Assembly (NCBI RefSeq): GCF_001447785.1 | Contig: NW_015161948.1 | Location: 856,367 to 920,366, forward strand | DNA from: Gekko japonicus | Taxonomy: Eukaryota | Length of the DNA stretch: 64,000 nucleotides | Direction: 5' to 3' | Part shown: one piece after another, positions 11,100 to 22,219 of the stretch | Layout: each line of letters begins with the position of its first letter | Position numbering within the stretch: the stretch's first letter is position 1 | Made by a program: the position numbers and the translations under genes | The notes under the pieces: model-generated | What the model was told of the DNA's origin: nothing | Database searches by the model: none | What the model saw: the letters and a program-made list of their open reading frames with translations, nothing else

Positions 11100-11830
11100 G
11101 AAAGGGAACCCTGACACGAAACGGCTGCTCAAAGCAAGGACAAGAAACGACTCCATACGACACTCACTCACGCCGCTCTTACGTTCCGTGCTCTCCTGCC
11201 CCAACTGTTGTCTCTCCGCTCAACGGCCGTTTAAACCGAAAAATGCCACGGCCTATCGCTAGCTCCGCCCCCTCTGGGAATACGCCTTTCCTATTGTACA
11301 GGCTCCCGCCCTAGCATTATCATTGGCTTTTAATACTTTTGTCCCGCCTACCGCTTTGAACCGGCGTTCTTCGATCAATACAAGACGACGCTATGTCTTG
11401 TGCCACAATCTCATTAGAGGAGCACAAACTGATTGTAAAACCACCTCCTCATGTTTTGAGGAGTTCATTGGCCACGTTTCTTCCAATTGCCCGCCTACTT
11501 CTTTTCTGATTTGCCGCGCTGGTAACCCGCGAGCGAACGAGCACAGGGGAAGCTAGCGTGGCCACGCCCTCCCAACGTCTCCTTGTTCCCGGCCTCAAAG
11601 ATCCCTAAACAAGATGGCGGCTCGGGGGAGCGTCGCGTGGCGCGTCGGGGGCTTTGCGGTGAAGCCGGGAGGACGGCTTTTCTCTCACAGCCAAAGCGCG
11701 GCTGCCCCTCTCACCGCGGAACAGCTGGCGGAGAAAATACGTGCACAGAAGCGGGAGCAGGAAAAAAAGCCAGCTCGGGAAGTGAGTCTGTTAGTAACTG
11801 ACTGTTGGTCGGCAGCGAATCTGATTTTCC
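11100..11830. promoter_or_regulatory. CpG-island promoter of RPUSD4, probably bidirectional
   Basis: CpG-dense; GC boxes (~11263, ~11305); ATTGG/CCAAT at 11322, 11467, 11483; YY1-type CAAGATGGCGG (11610-11620) overlapping the ATG. Confidence 0.8.
11614..11781 (+). CDS. RPUSD4: RPUSD4 exon 1
   Basis: MAARG...[14 protein letters not shown]; donor GTGAGT at 11782. Confidence 0.9.
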
Positions 11831-14800
11831 CGGCATGCATTAGAAACCAACTAATTGAGCTAAATAGGGATTAAATTTCCCACCATGCACTCTGCCGTAG
11901 AAACACTGCTGCTTCCATCCATGGGATTTCTAAAGTTTGTAAAACTGCAATCCCAAAGCAGAGGTGTACCCTATAAAATCACGAGGGTGGAGCTGTGCCT
12001 AGGATTTCATAGCAAGTGCTACTGTTGTGGCTAGAGGGAAGAAGAGGAGGAGATTGGATTTATACCCCGCCCTTCACTACCTAAAGGTGTCTCAGAGCGG
12101 CTTACAAACACCTTTCCCTTCCCCTCCCCACAACAGACACCCTGTGAGGTAGGTGGGGCTGAGAGCGCTATTTTGAGGACTGCTCGTGAGAGAACAACTC
12201 TGAGGGAAGTTGTGACTGACCCGAGGTCACTCCAGCATCTGCATCTGGAGGAGTGAGGAATCAAACCTGGTTCTCCCAGATTAGGGTCCACACTGTTAAC
12301 CACTACGCCAAACAGCCAAAGTTTTTATGTCTCTGTTCTTATACCAAGGGTCATTGTCTCCACTTCTTCCCCATTACATGTTTCTTAAAACTCATCTGTA
12401 TTCATTTGCGCTGCAATTGATGGTCTACAGATTATATCACCATGGAAGTATTTATTTACATCCTGCTTTTGGGAGACTACTAAAGTAAACCGGGGTTGCT
12501 ACATTTTATCGTAACAACTGTTAGTAGTAGGTTTGCTGCCATCCAGGTGGGGCCTGGAGATCTCCTGCTTTTACAACTGATCTTCATCTGACAGAGATAG
12601 GTTCTCCTGGAGAAAATGGCTGCTTTGAAGGGTGGACTCTATGGCATTGTACCATGCTGAGGCCCCTCCCTTCCCCAAACCCTGCCCTCTCCTGGATCCA
12701 CCTCCAAAGTCTCCAGGTATTTTCCAACCCAGACCTGGCAACCCAAATAAGTAGGGAAGGCTGAATGACTGGCTGAAGCTCACCCAATGAACTTCCCTGG
12801 TAGAGTAGGGATTTGAACCTGGGTCTTGCACATCCAACACTCGTAACTGTTGTGAGAACAGGTTTGGTGTAGTGGTTAGGACTAATCTAGGAGAACTGAG
12901 TTTGATTCCCCACTCCTCTGTATGCAGCTGCTGGTGTGACCTTGGGCCAGTTACAAGTTCATACAAAGCAGTTCTCGAAAGAGTTCTCTCAGCCCCACCT
13001 ACCTCTCTTCTTCTTTACTTAAATCTTCCCTTTTGTTTGGGTAAAGACATCCTAGGGGAGGAAAAGAGAGTTGTCCAAAAATAGGATATTGCAGTGTTGT
13101 GTTTGTACTATCAAACTATGACTGAGAAGTTGGCAGTTCAAATACTCGGCTGTGAAGCTTACTAGGTGATATTGGGATAGTCACACTGTCAGCCTAACCT
13201 ACTTCACAGGTTTGTTCTAAGGATCAAACTGAAGAGAGAATCCTGAATGTTGCAGTGAAGTCCTTGAAGAAAGCCAGGATAGAACTCTGATTATTAGCAC
13301 TTCAAATATACCTCTGTATATGCAAAGTCATTGGTTGTGTGCCAGATAGTGCTTTTCAGTGTGTTTTCATGGTGGGGGGAGGTGAAGAGACTGGCATGCT
13401 TTTGCCATGTAGCGTTGAACTAGAAATTTTACAGTGCAAGTCTGAACTCATTAAAATTAAGGAACTGCATAGGGTTGCACTGTGAATTGACTTGTCCAGC
13501 TCTGGTGCAAGAATGGTATAATCTGAAACCATGTTTCCATGCTGCAGTTCTGATACCCTGTTTATGGATTCACTAGTTTACAGTTTTCAAGCAGAGTTCT
13601 TTTAGGTTATCACTTACTTGTATATGCTTGTTTTCTGTCTTGTATATAAAATATCATGAAAAGGTAACTAAGAATTTATTTAATTATGTATCCTTTTCTC
13701 ACTGGTTATTCACAGGTTCCAAAAGATCCACTTCTGAGACGCGTGCATGAACTTGTTCAGCTCAGCCAACAGCTACAGCGGGTTCATCCTAATGTGTTGG
13801 CCAAAGCACTCAAAAATGGGATCCTGTACCAGAATAAAGAGATTGTGGTAATTAATAAGCCATATGGCCTTCCTGTACATGGTGAGAAAAATACAATGTT
13901 TATTTCAGTAGCCCTATTTATTTGAGCATTTAATATCTTTTCTTCACTAGAAGCTGGGGAAGGAGAGCCTACACCTACAGTAACAAAGAAACATGAAATT
14001 TGCAAAACACAGCACAACTGCTACCCATCAGAGTGTGTAGGGGGGGAGGGGAAACGGATAGCGAGAGGTCTGCCTTGATAAAACCAGTCCTTTCTCCAGG
14101 CAGATACTCCCTTCCAGCAGACAGTTTCCTGGAAGGTGGAGGGAGAGGCAGAGCAGGTCGCCATAGTCAGCCCTTAATTGAAACCATCTTTCCCCAGGGA
14201 GATAGGCACTCCCCATTATCGTGCCAATCAAAGCTGTCTTCAGCAAGCTGGTTATTCTGAAGGGTCACCCTAACCATCCACATGTTTATCTCTGTGCTGC
14301 TTGAGCATCAGGCCTTTGATGGTTTGATAAGAGCTCATGCATGAATCTGCTCCTTGCCTGTTTCAGAGATCTGCACTGGCTGTTCTACACATTAAATACA
14401 GATTCATTCTGTGGAGTGGGATCACAGTGATATAGCTGCTGGTGTTGTGCAGAGAGCTCCAGTTATCAGACTGGGAAATACAACAGGAGATGCTCTGTAT
14501 TGTTGGGTGGGCCTGTGGCTCAGTGCTTCACATGCTGAAGGTCCTGGGATCAATCCCTGGTGTCTCCAGGTAAAAAGATCAGGTAGTAGGCAATGAGGAA
14601 GACCTTTTTTGAGAGCAGTTGCCCATCAGAGTAGATTAGTTCTCTCCTTACTTTTTGGGGTGCTGCTAGACCAGTGGTCTTAAGTATTTTTGGGGTGCTG
14701 CTAGACCAGTGGTCTAAGTTATTATGTTGTTCAGTCACACAGTCGAGTCTGACTCTTCGCAACCCCATGGGCCACATCACACCAGGCCGTCCTGTCTTCT

Positions 14801-17800
14801 GCCATCCTCTGAACTTATTATAGGGCAGTAAATATGCATAAGAACAGACACTTTCTGGTTACTGGGCTTGGGAAAGCACTTCAGTAATACGTCTATTTCA
14901 GTGTTTTTAAAAGAACCATTATCTACCCTTACCTAACTGAAAACTGGGGACAAAATCAGGCACTCCTCCTTGTCAGCACTCGCTTCCTCCTTGACCACTG
15001 TTGCAGCATGTTTCAGCAACCAGAACAAGCAAAGCCACACATGCTAGGAAGCAACAGTGGGAAACCAGAGACAGGTGACTCCATTAGCTGTGCATTGCTG
15101 ACAGGAAGCTGAACTGGAAGTATGTCCTGGCTCCATCAACCGTACAGTGCTGATAGGGGGAACTCTATCCCTTCAGCTGATGGAGTCAGGGGCACACCTG
15201 GCTAGTTCTCCATCAGTACTTGAGGAGCACCACAGACTGCTCTTGGGAAGCTGGCAAGTTACAAGCAGATCACAATTAACAGGTTAGCAACCTTGTTGCA
15301 CCAACAGTCTGGCTCTGAATAAGGCAGCTTCATATAAGGGTGCCTGGCAGATCACTGCTAGAGGGTAGACAGCCTGTTGGTTTAATCCAACACAGATAGT
15401 TCTTCCATTCATACCACTGAGATCGCATAATGTAGATTAAACATTCTCTAAGCAATGACTGCCTCATATCTATGTTCTCTATGCCACCCAGATTGGTTTT
15501 CCAGATAATTCAGAAGGTGTTGACTGACACCTGCTTCATTTGTTTTAGCTCTTCCTCTTCTTTGGCTACAAAAATTGGTCAATGTGATCACCTTGGATGC
15601 TGTAACCTTAGCTTGCTGTTGTCTCCGCAGTGAAGAAACAGCCACTTCCTGGCCTTTTATATCTTCCCTACCAGACAAGAAACAAAAGGGAGACACAACA
15701 CAAGGCCCCCTGTTGTATTTCCCCAGATATCACTATTGTTTTCTGAACTATCTGTCTTGGCATTGGAACCACAACGGGTTTATCTTTAAATAGCCACAAG
15801 ACTCCTGTTTGTTTTTGCTGCATCAGACTTACATAGCTACCTGTCTGGAATCTCTCCATAGAGCTTAATTGAACTGTAAGAGAATCCATGTTCTGGGGGG
15901 GGGGGGACCCAAACATTCCCCCCACACACACACACTGATAAACAATTTCTGTCATGTGGTGATCAGCTATAATTCTGGAATATCTCCAGGCCCCACCTGG
16001 AGGTTGTAGCAACCCGAGCTGCAGTGTTAGGAGAGTCAAGTAACTAATAAATATACACTGCAAGAACCTTTTGTAAATTAACATGTACTGTTCATAACTA
16101 TTATTCTATAAAGTCCATGTGTTCTACTATAACTGTCTGAAAATGCCGAACAGGGAGGAGAGTAGTTAAGTCATTTACATCTAGCTGGGTGATCTGTCTA
16201 TGCAAATAGTCTCGCTGGGAGTTACCTTCCAGTGACCCTTGATCCTCGGCTCATAGGTTGAGTGGTATTCCCATCACTGCAGTCACCGGGCGCTTGGACC
16301 TGAGCACTTTCTGGTAGTGGGGAGCAAGTTTCCTGCAGCCACTGATTCAAAATCTCTTTTGAAAAGTACGTGACAAGGACAGTTTCTGTTTTTCCCTCCC
16401 AGGTGGTCCTGGGGTTAAAAGCTGTATCACAGATGTGCTGCCAATCCTGGCAAAGATGTTGGATGGCATGAAAGCCGAACCCCTGCATCTTTGCCACCGG
16501 CTGGACAAAGAAACAACGGGTGTGATGGTGCTGGCACGGGACCAGGAAACTGCACATAGAATCCAGGAGCTATTCAGAACCCGACAAGTGGAAAAGAAAT
16601 ACTGGTATGGGAAATCCTAGCGCAGTTCAGCTAGTTTTGTACTTGAGAAGCTCCGATATTCTGTTTTGTATGAGAAAGGTCCCAGGTTCATTCCCCGGCA
16701 TCTCCAGTTAAAAGGAACTAGGTAGTAGGTGATGTGAAAGACATCCACCTGAGACCCTGGAGAGCTGCCGTCAGCCTGAGTGGATAATACTGACTGTGAT
16801 CGCCTGATGGTCTGATTCAGTATAAGGCAGTTTCATGTGTGTATTCAGTCAACCATGAGTTTGTGTGTTTTAAAATAAATGTTGCAATTATAACTTGATT
16901 TTTAATTGTGTAAATGTTTTTATGTTCACAACCTGATTGGGTGGAGAGGTGGCATAAAAGTATCTTAAACACATTAATAATAAATAAATAAGATGGCACA
17001 GTGCCTACTGAGAGCGAAATCCTAGATCACTTGTTCCTCTTACGAGGAGAGCCTGACATCACAGCAGCGGACTAAGGAATTTCACTGTCTTGTTATCTTG
17101 GCAGGGCGATCTGCGTTGGAGCCCCAGAGCAAACAGACGGGGTGGTGGAGATTCCCATTATTGAGAAAGAGGTGGAGAGCCACCAGCCACACTTCAAAGT
17201 GAGTTGGGTTCCCGTCAGCAACCTCTTGCTCGTTTTAGCCAGGATTTCCAATACATCCCTTTTGTTCCTAAGCACTTCAGCATACATGTGTTGCTCCAGT
17301 GAATCTCAACACAGTCAATATTGCAGCAGCTTTCCCAGATCCAGAAAACACTGTATCACTCTTGAGTGCTTTTCAGTCCATGTCAGTTTCTGGTTGGACT
17401 ACCAGAACTGTGCCAGTGGTGGACGGTGTTATCCTTGATGTCGCATGGGGGAGCAGGTGTTTCCAAGGTGAGACTGGGCACCAATCAGGATGTCCTACAG
17501 CACCATACTGTCAAGTCGAGGGCATCAGTTTCATTGCGCAAAGTCACAAGGTCTGTTAACAAGTTCCGCCCAAGTCACTTGATGCAAGGGAAGCGAGGAT
17601 GGGACTGTATATGCCGGCTGATAAACTCCCCATTCTTTTCCTCTTGTCTGCAGTCTCTGCTTTCCATCTGCTGTGACCATGCTTAACTGTCAAATGTTAT
17701 TGGCTGTGGGGGGCAGTTTCTGAGTGATGAGCAGTTGCACTCTGATTAATCTAGTTCTCTTTCTTCGCCCTAGATGACACTTGCTCCAAACTATCGCATT

Positions 17801-20517
17801 TCCCACGAGCATGGGAAAACATTCAAAGTACGGCAGCATAGAGATGCCCACGTGGCAGTGACCCGCTACCGAGTTCTGAGTAGCGCTTCTTCTTGTTCCC
17901 TCCTTAAACTCCAGCCAGTCACAGGTAAAGCCGTGTGTTGATCACTCTTTGGTGGGTGACTTCTGTACTGTTTCTGTAAAAGGCACCCAAAAATTCAGTA
18001 ACTGCTCTGGGTCAAGTGGCTTTGGGTACATTCTGCTGATTTACTGGGTGTCTGGGAGCCTGATGATTTTGCTTCTTCTGCTGTGTTACTAGTACAGAAA
18101 TGCAGTCAACTTGAAACTTTCTGGTTGATTTTGGAGTGTGTGTGTTTTGCTCCAGTAGGTATATTGTGCCTTTTTGATTACCCACTTTCCTCTGTTAGGA
18201 TTGACAGCTGACCCAGCCTTCTCTCTAGAGGAGGCCCCCAATGTCGCGGCATCATGGCACCCATTGGCACCTTCCCTGGTGCCCACCAAATGTTCTTCGA
18301 AAGTGGGCAGGACCAGATAGGGCTTTTGCCCAGCAGAGCTGCTGATTCACCATCAGAGATCTCATTAGCTGTGCAGATATTTTAGGTGTTGCTTCAGCAA
18401 CAGCTGCTGCAACAGCACCAGAAGCTTCACTGTATTACTCTGTGTGTATGGAAGAGAATGTTTTTAAACATTATGTTAATTTTAAAAGGCTTTTAAAATA
18501 TGTTTTATTGTGTTAATTTTAAAAGGCTTTTAAAAGAGCCTCTTCCTGAAATATTGCTACTGTTTAAGTTATGCATAACCTAATTCCTTGACATTTAGTA
18601 GTTGGCCATGCCTCCTGCGGCAGCCCTTTTGTAATTGCATGCACCACCCTGTGTCAGAATTCCAAAGGCTCCTGCAGGCTCGGGACACCTCCTCTAGAGG
18701 TAGTCAGTATATGGAGCCAGTTGCTAAGAAATGACCATCTATGGAGCCAGTTGCCAAGAAATGATAAGGCAGATATGCTTTCCTGTTATACCTAAGATGT
18801 GGCTTTCTGAAAATGATTTCCCTCACTTTTCCCTTTTGCTCTGTACACAGGAGTGAAACACCAGCTCAGAGTCCACTTAGCATATGGCTTGGGCTGTCCA
18901 GTCCTTGGAGACCACAAGTACTCACACTGGAGCAAGTTGGCACCACAGGTAAGAGATGAATGATGAGAAGAGCCATTGATGGTGGGATAAAACATCAGTG
19001 TATCTCAGCTGTGGGTAATTCATGGCCTGGCATAGTCAGATTCTAGAATGTTGGCTGGCATGGTCACATCCTGCTGTTCTGTTCCATTCAAAGATCTGTT
19101 TGGCCCCATACGAAGAGCATAATGTCAGTAATTCCCTAAACTTACGGACTCTGAGCCAAGAGTCCATTGTGATCCATTTCAAAACATGTTCTGTCTTAAC
19201 TATGAAGTTTGTATCTAGAGGTGCATCTGTAAAACTGCTCATGGCTTCCTCAGTTTCCCATCTATAGCCACATGAGGATCACAACATCTGCAGCATTTGA
19301 GATTTTTGGCTTCTCTGATTTCCCCCCTAATTTCTTGGCAGTCCAACATAACTGAAAAGTAACCTTTTTATTGAATGAAACATAACTGGAGATCCAACGT
19401 GAAAAGGCTTGCTGCCTGGCAGAGGTAGCCCAGGATAAGGTTTTGATTATTTAAATTTTTTAATATATTTCGCAAGGTGCTTTGGGTCCTCATTGGAGAG
19501 AAAAGTGGGATGAAAATATTTGAATAAGTAAATATACTCAGTTAACCTTACTTCATAGCAATATCACTATCTGGACAACTTTTAAGAGACTAGACAAATT
19601 CATGGAGGACAGTGGCTGTTAGCAATGATGGCAAAAGGAAACTTCCCCATTCAGAGGCAGGATACTAGGGAAGCAGCCATGGGGAAAGCTGTTGCTGTCA
19701 TACCTCACTTGGGGGCTTCCCATCAGTATCTGCATGGCCATTGTGGGAAACATAACAGTGGACAGTTGGGTCAGATCCAGCAAGGCTCTTCTCATATCTT
19801 CAAAAGAGACTCTAATGATGGCTATTCAGTTAATTCACCACTCTCTTTTGCTTCATATTATTAAACAGAAGCTTCCCGGTAAGGCACTGAAGAGACTGGG
19901 TCTGGAACAGGTCAAAGTCCGTTACCTCCCCCTTCACCTACATGCCTGTGAACTGAGAAAATATTTGAATAAGTAAATATACTCAATTAGCCTTCATAGC
20001 AGTATTACTATCTGGATAACTTTTAAGAGACTAGACAAAATTCATGGAGGACAGTGGCTATTAGCAATGATGGCAAAAGGAAACTTCCCCATTCAGAGGC
20101 AGGATACTACGGAAGCAGCCATGGGGAAAGCTGTTGCTGTCATACCTCACTTGGGGGCTTCCCATCAGTATCTGCATGGCCATTGTGGGAAACATAACAG
20201 TGGACAGTTGGGTCAGATCCAGCAAGGCTCTTCTCATATCTTCAAAAGAGACTCTAATGATGATGGCTATTCAGTTAATTCACCACTCTCTTTTCCTTCA
20301 TATTATTAAACAGAAGCTTCCCGGTAAGGCACTGAAGAGACTGGGTCTGGAACAGGTCAAAGTCCGTTACCTCCCCCTTCACCTGCATGCCTGTGAACTG
20401 ACCCTGCCTGAGGGAGAGGAGGAGAAGAAAATCCATTTAGTCTGCAGACCCCCCCGATTCTTCTCTCGCTCCTTAAAACGCTTGAACCTGGAGTTTCCGG
20501 AGGCGGAGGATAAGTGA
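11614..20517 (+). CDS. RPUSD4: Mitochondrial RNA pseudouridine synthase RPUSD4 (RluA family), 7 coding exons, ~360 aa
   Basis: Exons 11614-11781, 13716-13881, 16403-16604, 17105-17198, 17774-17924, 18851-18948, 20314-20517; phases 0,1,2,0,1,0. RluA motifs [12 protein letters not shown], catalytic [44 protein letters not shown]; Arg/Ala-rich targeting-like N-terminus. Confidence 0.95.
12037..12316 (-). mobile_element. tRNA-derived SINE with L2-type tail
   Basis: Paralogue of 2930-3418; further partial copies near 12860-13003, 36780-36965, 61480-61640. Confidence 0.75.
12528..12745. mobile_element. ~220-bp older hAT-type MITE (TAGGGTTGCCA ends, family C)
   Basis: Ends TAGGTTTGC...TGGCAACCC; homologous copies at ~30262-30479, ~31330-31575, ~34634-34857 and partial ~15880-16015. 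Confidence 0.65.
13716..13881 (+). CDS. RPUSD4: RPUSD4 exon 2
   Basis: [10 protein letters not shown]...[10 protein letters not shown]; CACAG acceptor, GTGAGA donor. Confidence 0.93.
16403..16604 (+). CDS. RPUSD4: RPUSD4 exon 3
   Basis: Contains HRLDKETTG; CCCAG acceptor, GTATGG donor. Confidence 0.94.
16670..16842 (+). mobile_element. tRNA-derived SINE (second family)
   Basis: GGTCCCAGGTTCA..CCCCGGCATCTCCA head and CAGTATAAGGCAG tail; copies near 14510-14640, 38290-38495 (-), 39611-39790. Confidence 0.6.
17105..17198 (+). CDS. RPUSD4: RPUSD4 exon 4
   Basis: [31 protein letters not shown]; GTGAGT donor. Confidence 0.92.
17774..17924 (+). CDS. RPUSD4: RPUSD4 exon 5
   Basis: MTLAPNYR...AVTRYRVL...LQPVT; CCTAG acceptor, GTAAAG donor (not in the ORF track). 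Confidence 0.92.
18231..18691. mobile_element. Charlie-like hAT non-autonomous element
   Basis: 8-bp TSD CTCTAGAG (18223-18230, 18692-18699) matching the NTCTAGAN preference; related to 21412-21684. Confidence 0.65.
18851..18948 (+). CDS. RPUSD4: RPUSD4 exon 6
   Basis: [33 protein letters not shown]; GTAAGA donor. Confidence 0.93.
19512..20401. repeat. ~445-bp direct tandem duplication spanning RPUSD4 intron 6 / exon 7 start
   Basis: 19512-19956 vs 19957-20401; about a dozen substitutions/indels. Confidence 0.95.
19869..19976 (+). other. RPUSD4: Duplicated, truncated copy of the RPUSD4 terminal exon
   Basis: Same AAACAG acceptor as 20314; reads [29 protein letters not shown] then RKYLNK*. 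Confidence 0.8.
20314..20517 (+). CDS. RPUSD4: RPUSD4 terminal exon (complete copy)
   Basis: [14 protein letters not shown]...[10 protein letters not shown]...[19 protein letters not shown]; AATAAA ~20833. Confidence 0.9.
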   Translation, partial: KLPGKALKRLGLEQVKVRYLPLHLHACELTLPEGEEEKKIHLVCRPPRFFSRSLKRLNLEFPEAEDK

Positions 20518-20634
20518 GCAAAGCCTTTACTGGGAAAATGGCTTTGCTGGACATTCTCGTAATACTGGTAAAACAAGCTGCAAAGCGGTTGAGACCCCTG
20601 CAGTGGCCAGATGTGGAGCAGGAGAGAGTCTCCT

Positions 20635-21156
20635 CTTTCAAAGCGGGCAGCCAGCTGGAGAATCTTGGTACCCAGCTTGAGGAGACCAGAGGTGTGGAGT
20701 TTGGACGGTCAACAAGGCTAACTTATTTGAAGATTCATGTGCTTCTGGTATCAAAACGACTGTCAGATGCATTACGCGTGCAAGTCAGGAGGCATATGAA
20801 TCCCAATCCAATTCAAACTGATTATTCTTTGGAATAAATAACCTGGCATGTGCTGAGTGGGTGTAATCTAATCGAGGTAGAGAGAGAGAGTCTGGAATCC
20901 CATATCGTTTCTGAAAGGATTCCCAAGCTTACTTCCATCCTTTCCCCCAAGCCTTAAGTTAACTGTCTTTCCTATGTGCAATCTCTTCTTTCAAAGCGGG
21001 CAGCCAGCTGGAGAATCTTGGTACCCAGCTTGAGGAGACCAGAAGTGGCAATTCCAAGGTCTGGAGTTTGGACGGTCAGCAAGGCTAACTTATTTGAAGA
21101 TTCATGGGCTTCTGGTATCAAAATGACTGTCAGATGCATTACGCGTACAAGTCAGG
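20635..21156. repeat. ~155-170-bp dispersed direct repeat in the RPUSD4 3' region
   Basis: 20635-20789 vs 20988-21156 (CTTTCAAAGCGGGCAGCCAGCTGGAGAATC...CAAGTCAGGA). Confidence 0.9.
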
Positions 21157-21162
21157 AATCCC

Positions 21163-21372
21163 AGTCAGATGGCCCAGCCTGAAGAGCCCGATCTCGTCAG
21201 ATCTCGAGTGCTAAGCAGGGTCAGCCCTGGTTAGTACTTGGATGAGAGACCGCCAAGGAAGAACACAGACGTTATGCAGGGGCAGGCAATGCACCTCTGT
21301 TCGTCTCTTGCCTTGAAAATCCTGCAGGCTTGCTGCAAGTCAGCTGCAGCTTGAGGGCACTTTGCACCACCA
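21163..21372 (+). mobile_element. 5S rRNA-derived SINE
   Basis: GCCCGATCTCGTCAGATCTCG..GCTAAGCAGGGTCAGCCCTGGTTAGTACTTGGATGAGAGACCGCC closely matches the vertebrate 5S core, followed by a non-5S tail; copies at 27829-28033 (-), 28665-28877, 52875-53088 (-), 63073-63210. Confidence 0.8.
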
Positions 21373-21411
21373 ATGCTCCTAATGCAGCACAACTTGTGAG
21401 ACCCTCCAAGC

Positions 21412-21684
21412 CAGGGGTCCTCAGCACGGTGTCTATGGGTGCCATGGTGCCTGTCAACACCTTTTCTGGCATCCGCTAAGTGTTTTGAGAAAGCAGGTGG
21501 GCCTAGTATGGCTTTTGCCTAGCAAGACTTCTGATTTGTTTGGCTGTGCAATGTTGCTTTGGCAGCTGCTGCTACCACACTGTTTTACTGAAGTTAAGCT
21601 GGGGCAATCATTTCGTGGCTAGCTCCGCCTCCTGTGGCAGCCATTTTGGCCTGCAGACACATTCCAAATGTTTGGGGACCCCTG
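21412..21684. mobile_element. Charlie-like hAT MITE
   Basis: TIRs CAGGGGTCC / GGACCCCTG; degenerate TSD CTCCAAGC/CTGTAAGC. Confidence 0.65.
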
Positions 21685-22219
21685 CTGTAAGCCAATAAGT
21701 CTATTAGCTGTGAGACTTAATAAACATTCTGTCCTGCTAGCGAAGAGGGAAGGTTTCAGGCAGCCATGCAACACTTGATTCAGATAGAGCTGGGGTGCTA
21801 GCAAGGAGGGGCTTAACCCCTTTGCCAAAACCATTTTTCTGATTCAGATTCCCCCTCCGTGCTGCTATTTGCCATTGGTGGGAAATGCATAGCAGTTCCA
21901 AGTAGTGGGTTTGCATTGGAATACTACTTTCCCCCAGTACCAGTCCTCCCCCTCCTCCACAAGGCCGCTGGTTACTCCAAAGAACTGAAGGGTTCAGTCA
22001 TGGGTCTCCTGCTGTCTTATCTAAATGCAACCTGAGCTATTACTTTTTAAAAAATTGACGCTGTTTTATACCTCTGTCGTGTGCCAACAATATTGCTTGT
22101 AGTGTGCAAAAGGATTTTGCTTTTGTGACTGCATTACTGTGGACAAGCACAGTTGGCTGTGGATCCTTAAAATATATACATGTGGTCTTGGTGGGGGGAG
22201 TGTGGCTCTCCCGTATTGA

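Noticed and set aside
21181-21260. Possible 5S rRNA gene
   Set aside because: Lacks the 5S 5' and 3' ends and T-run terminator and continues into a SINE tail shared by several copies.
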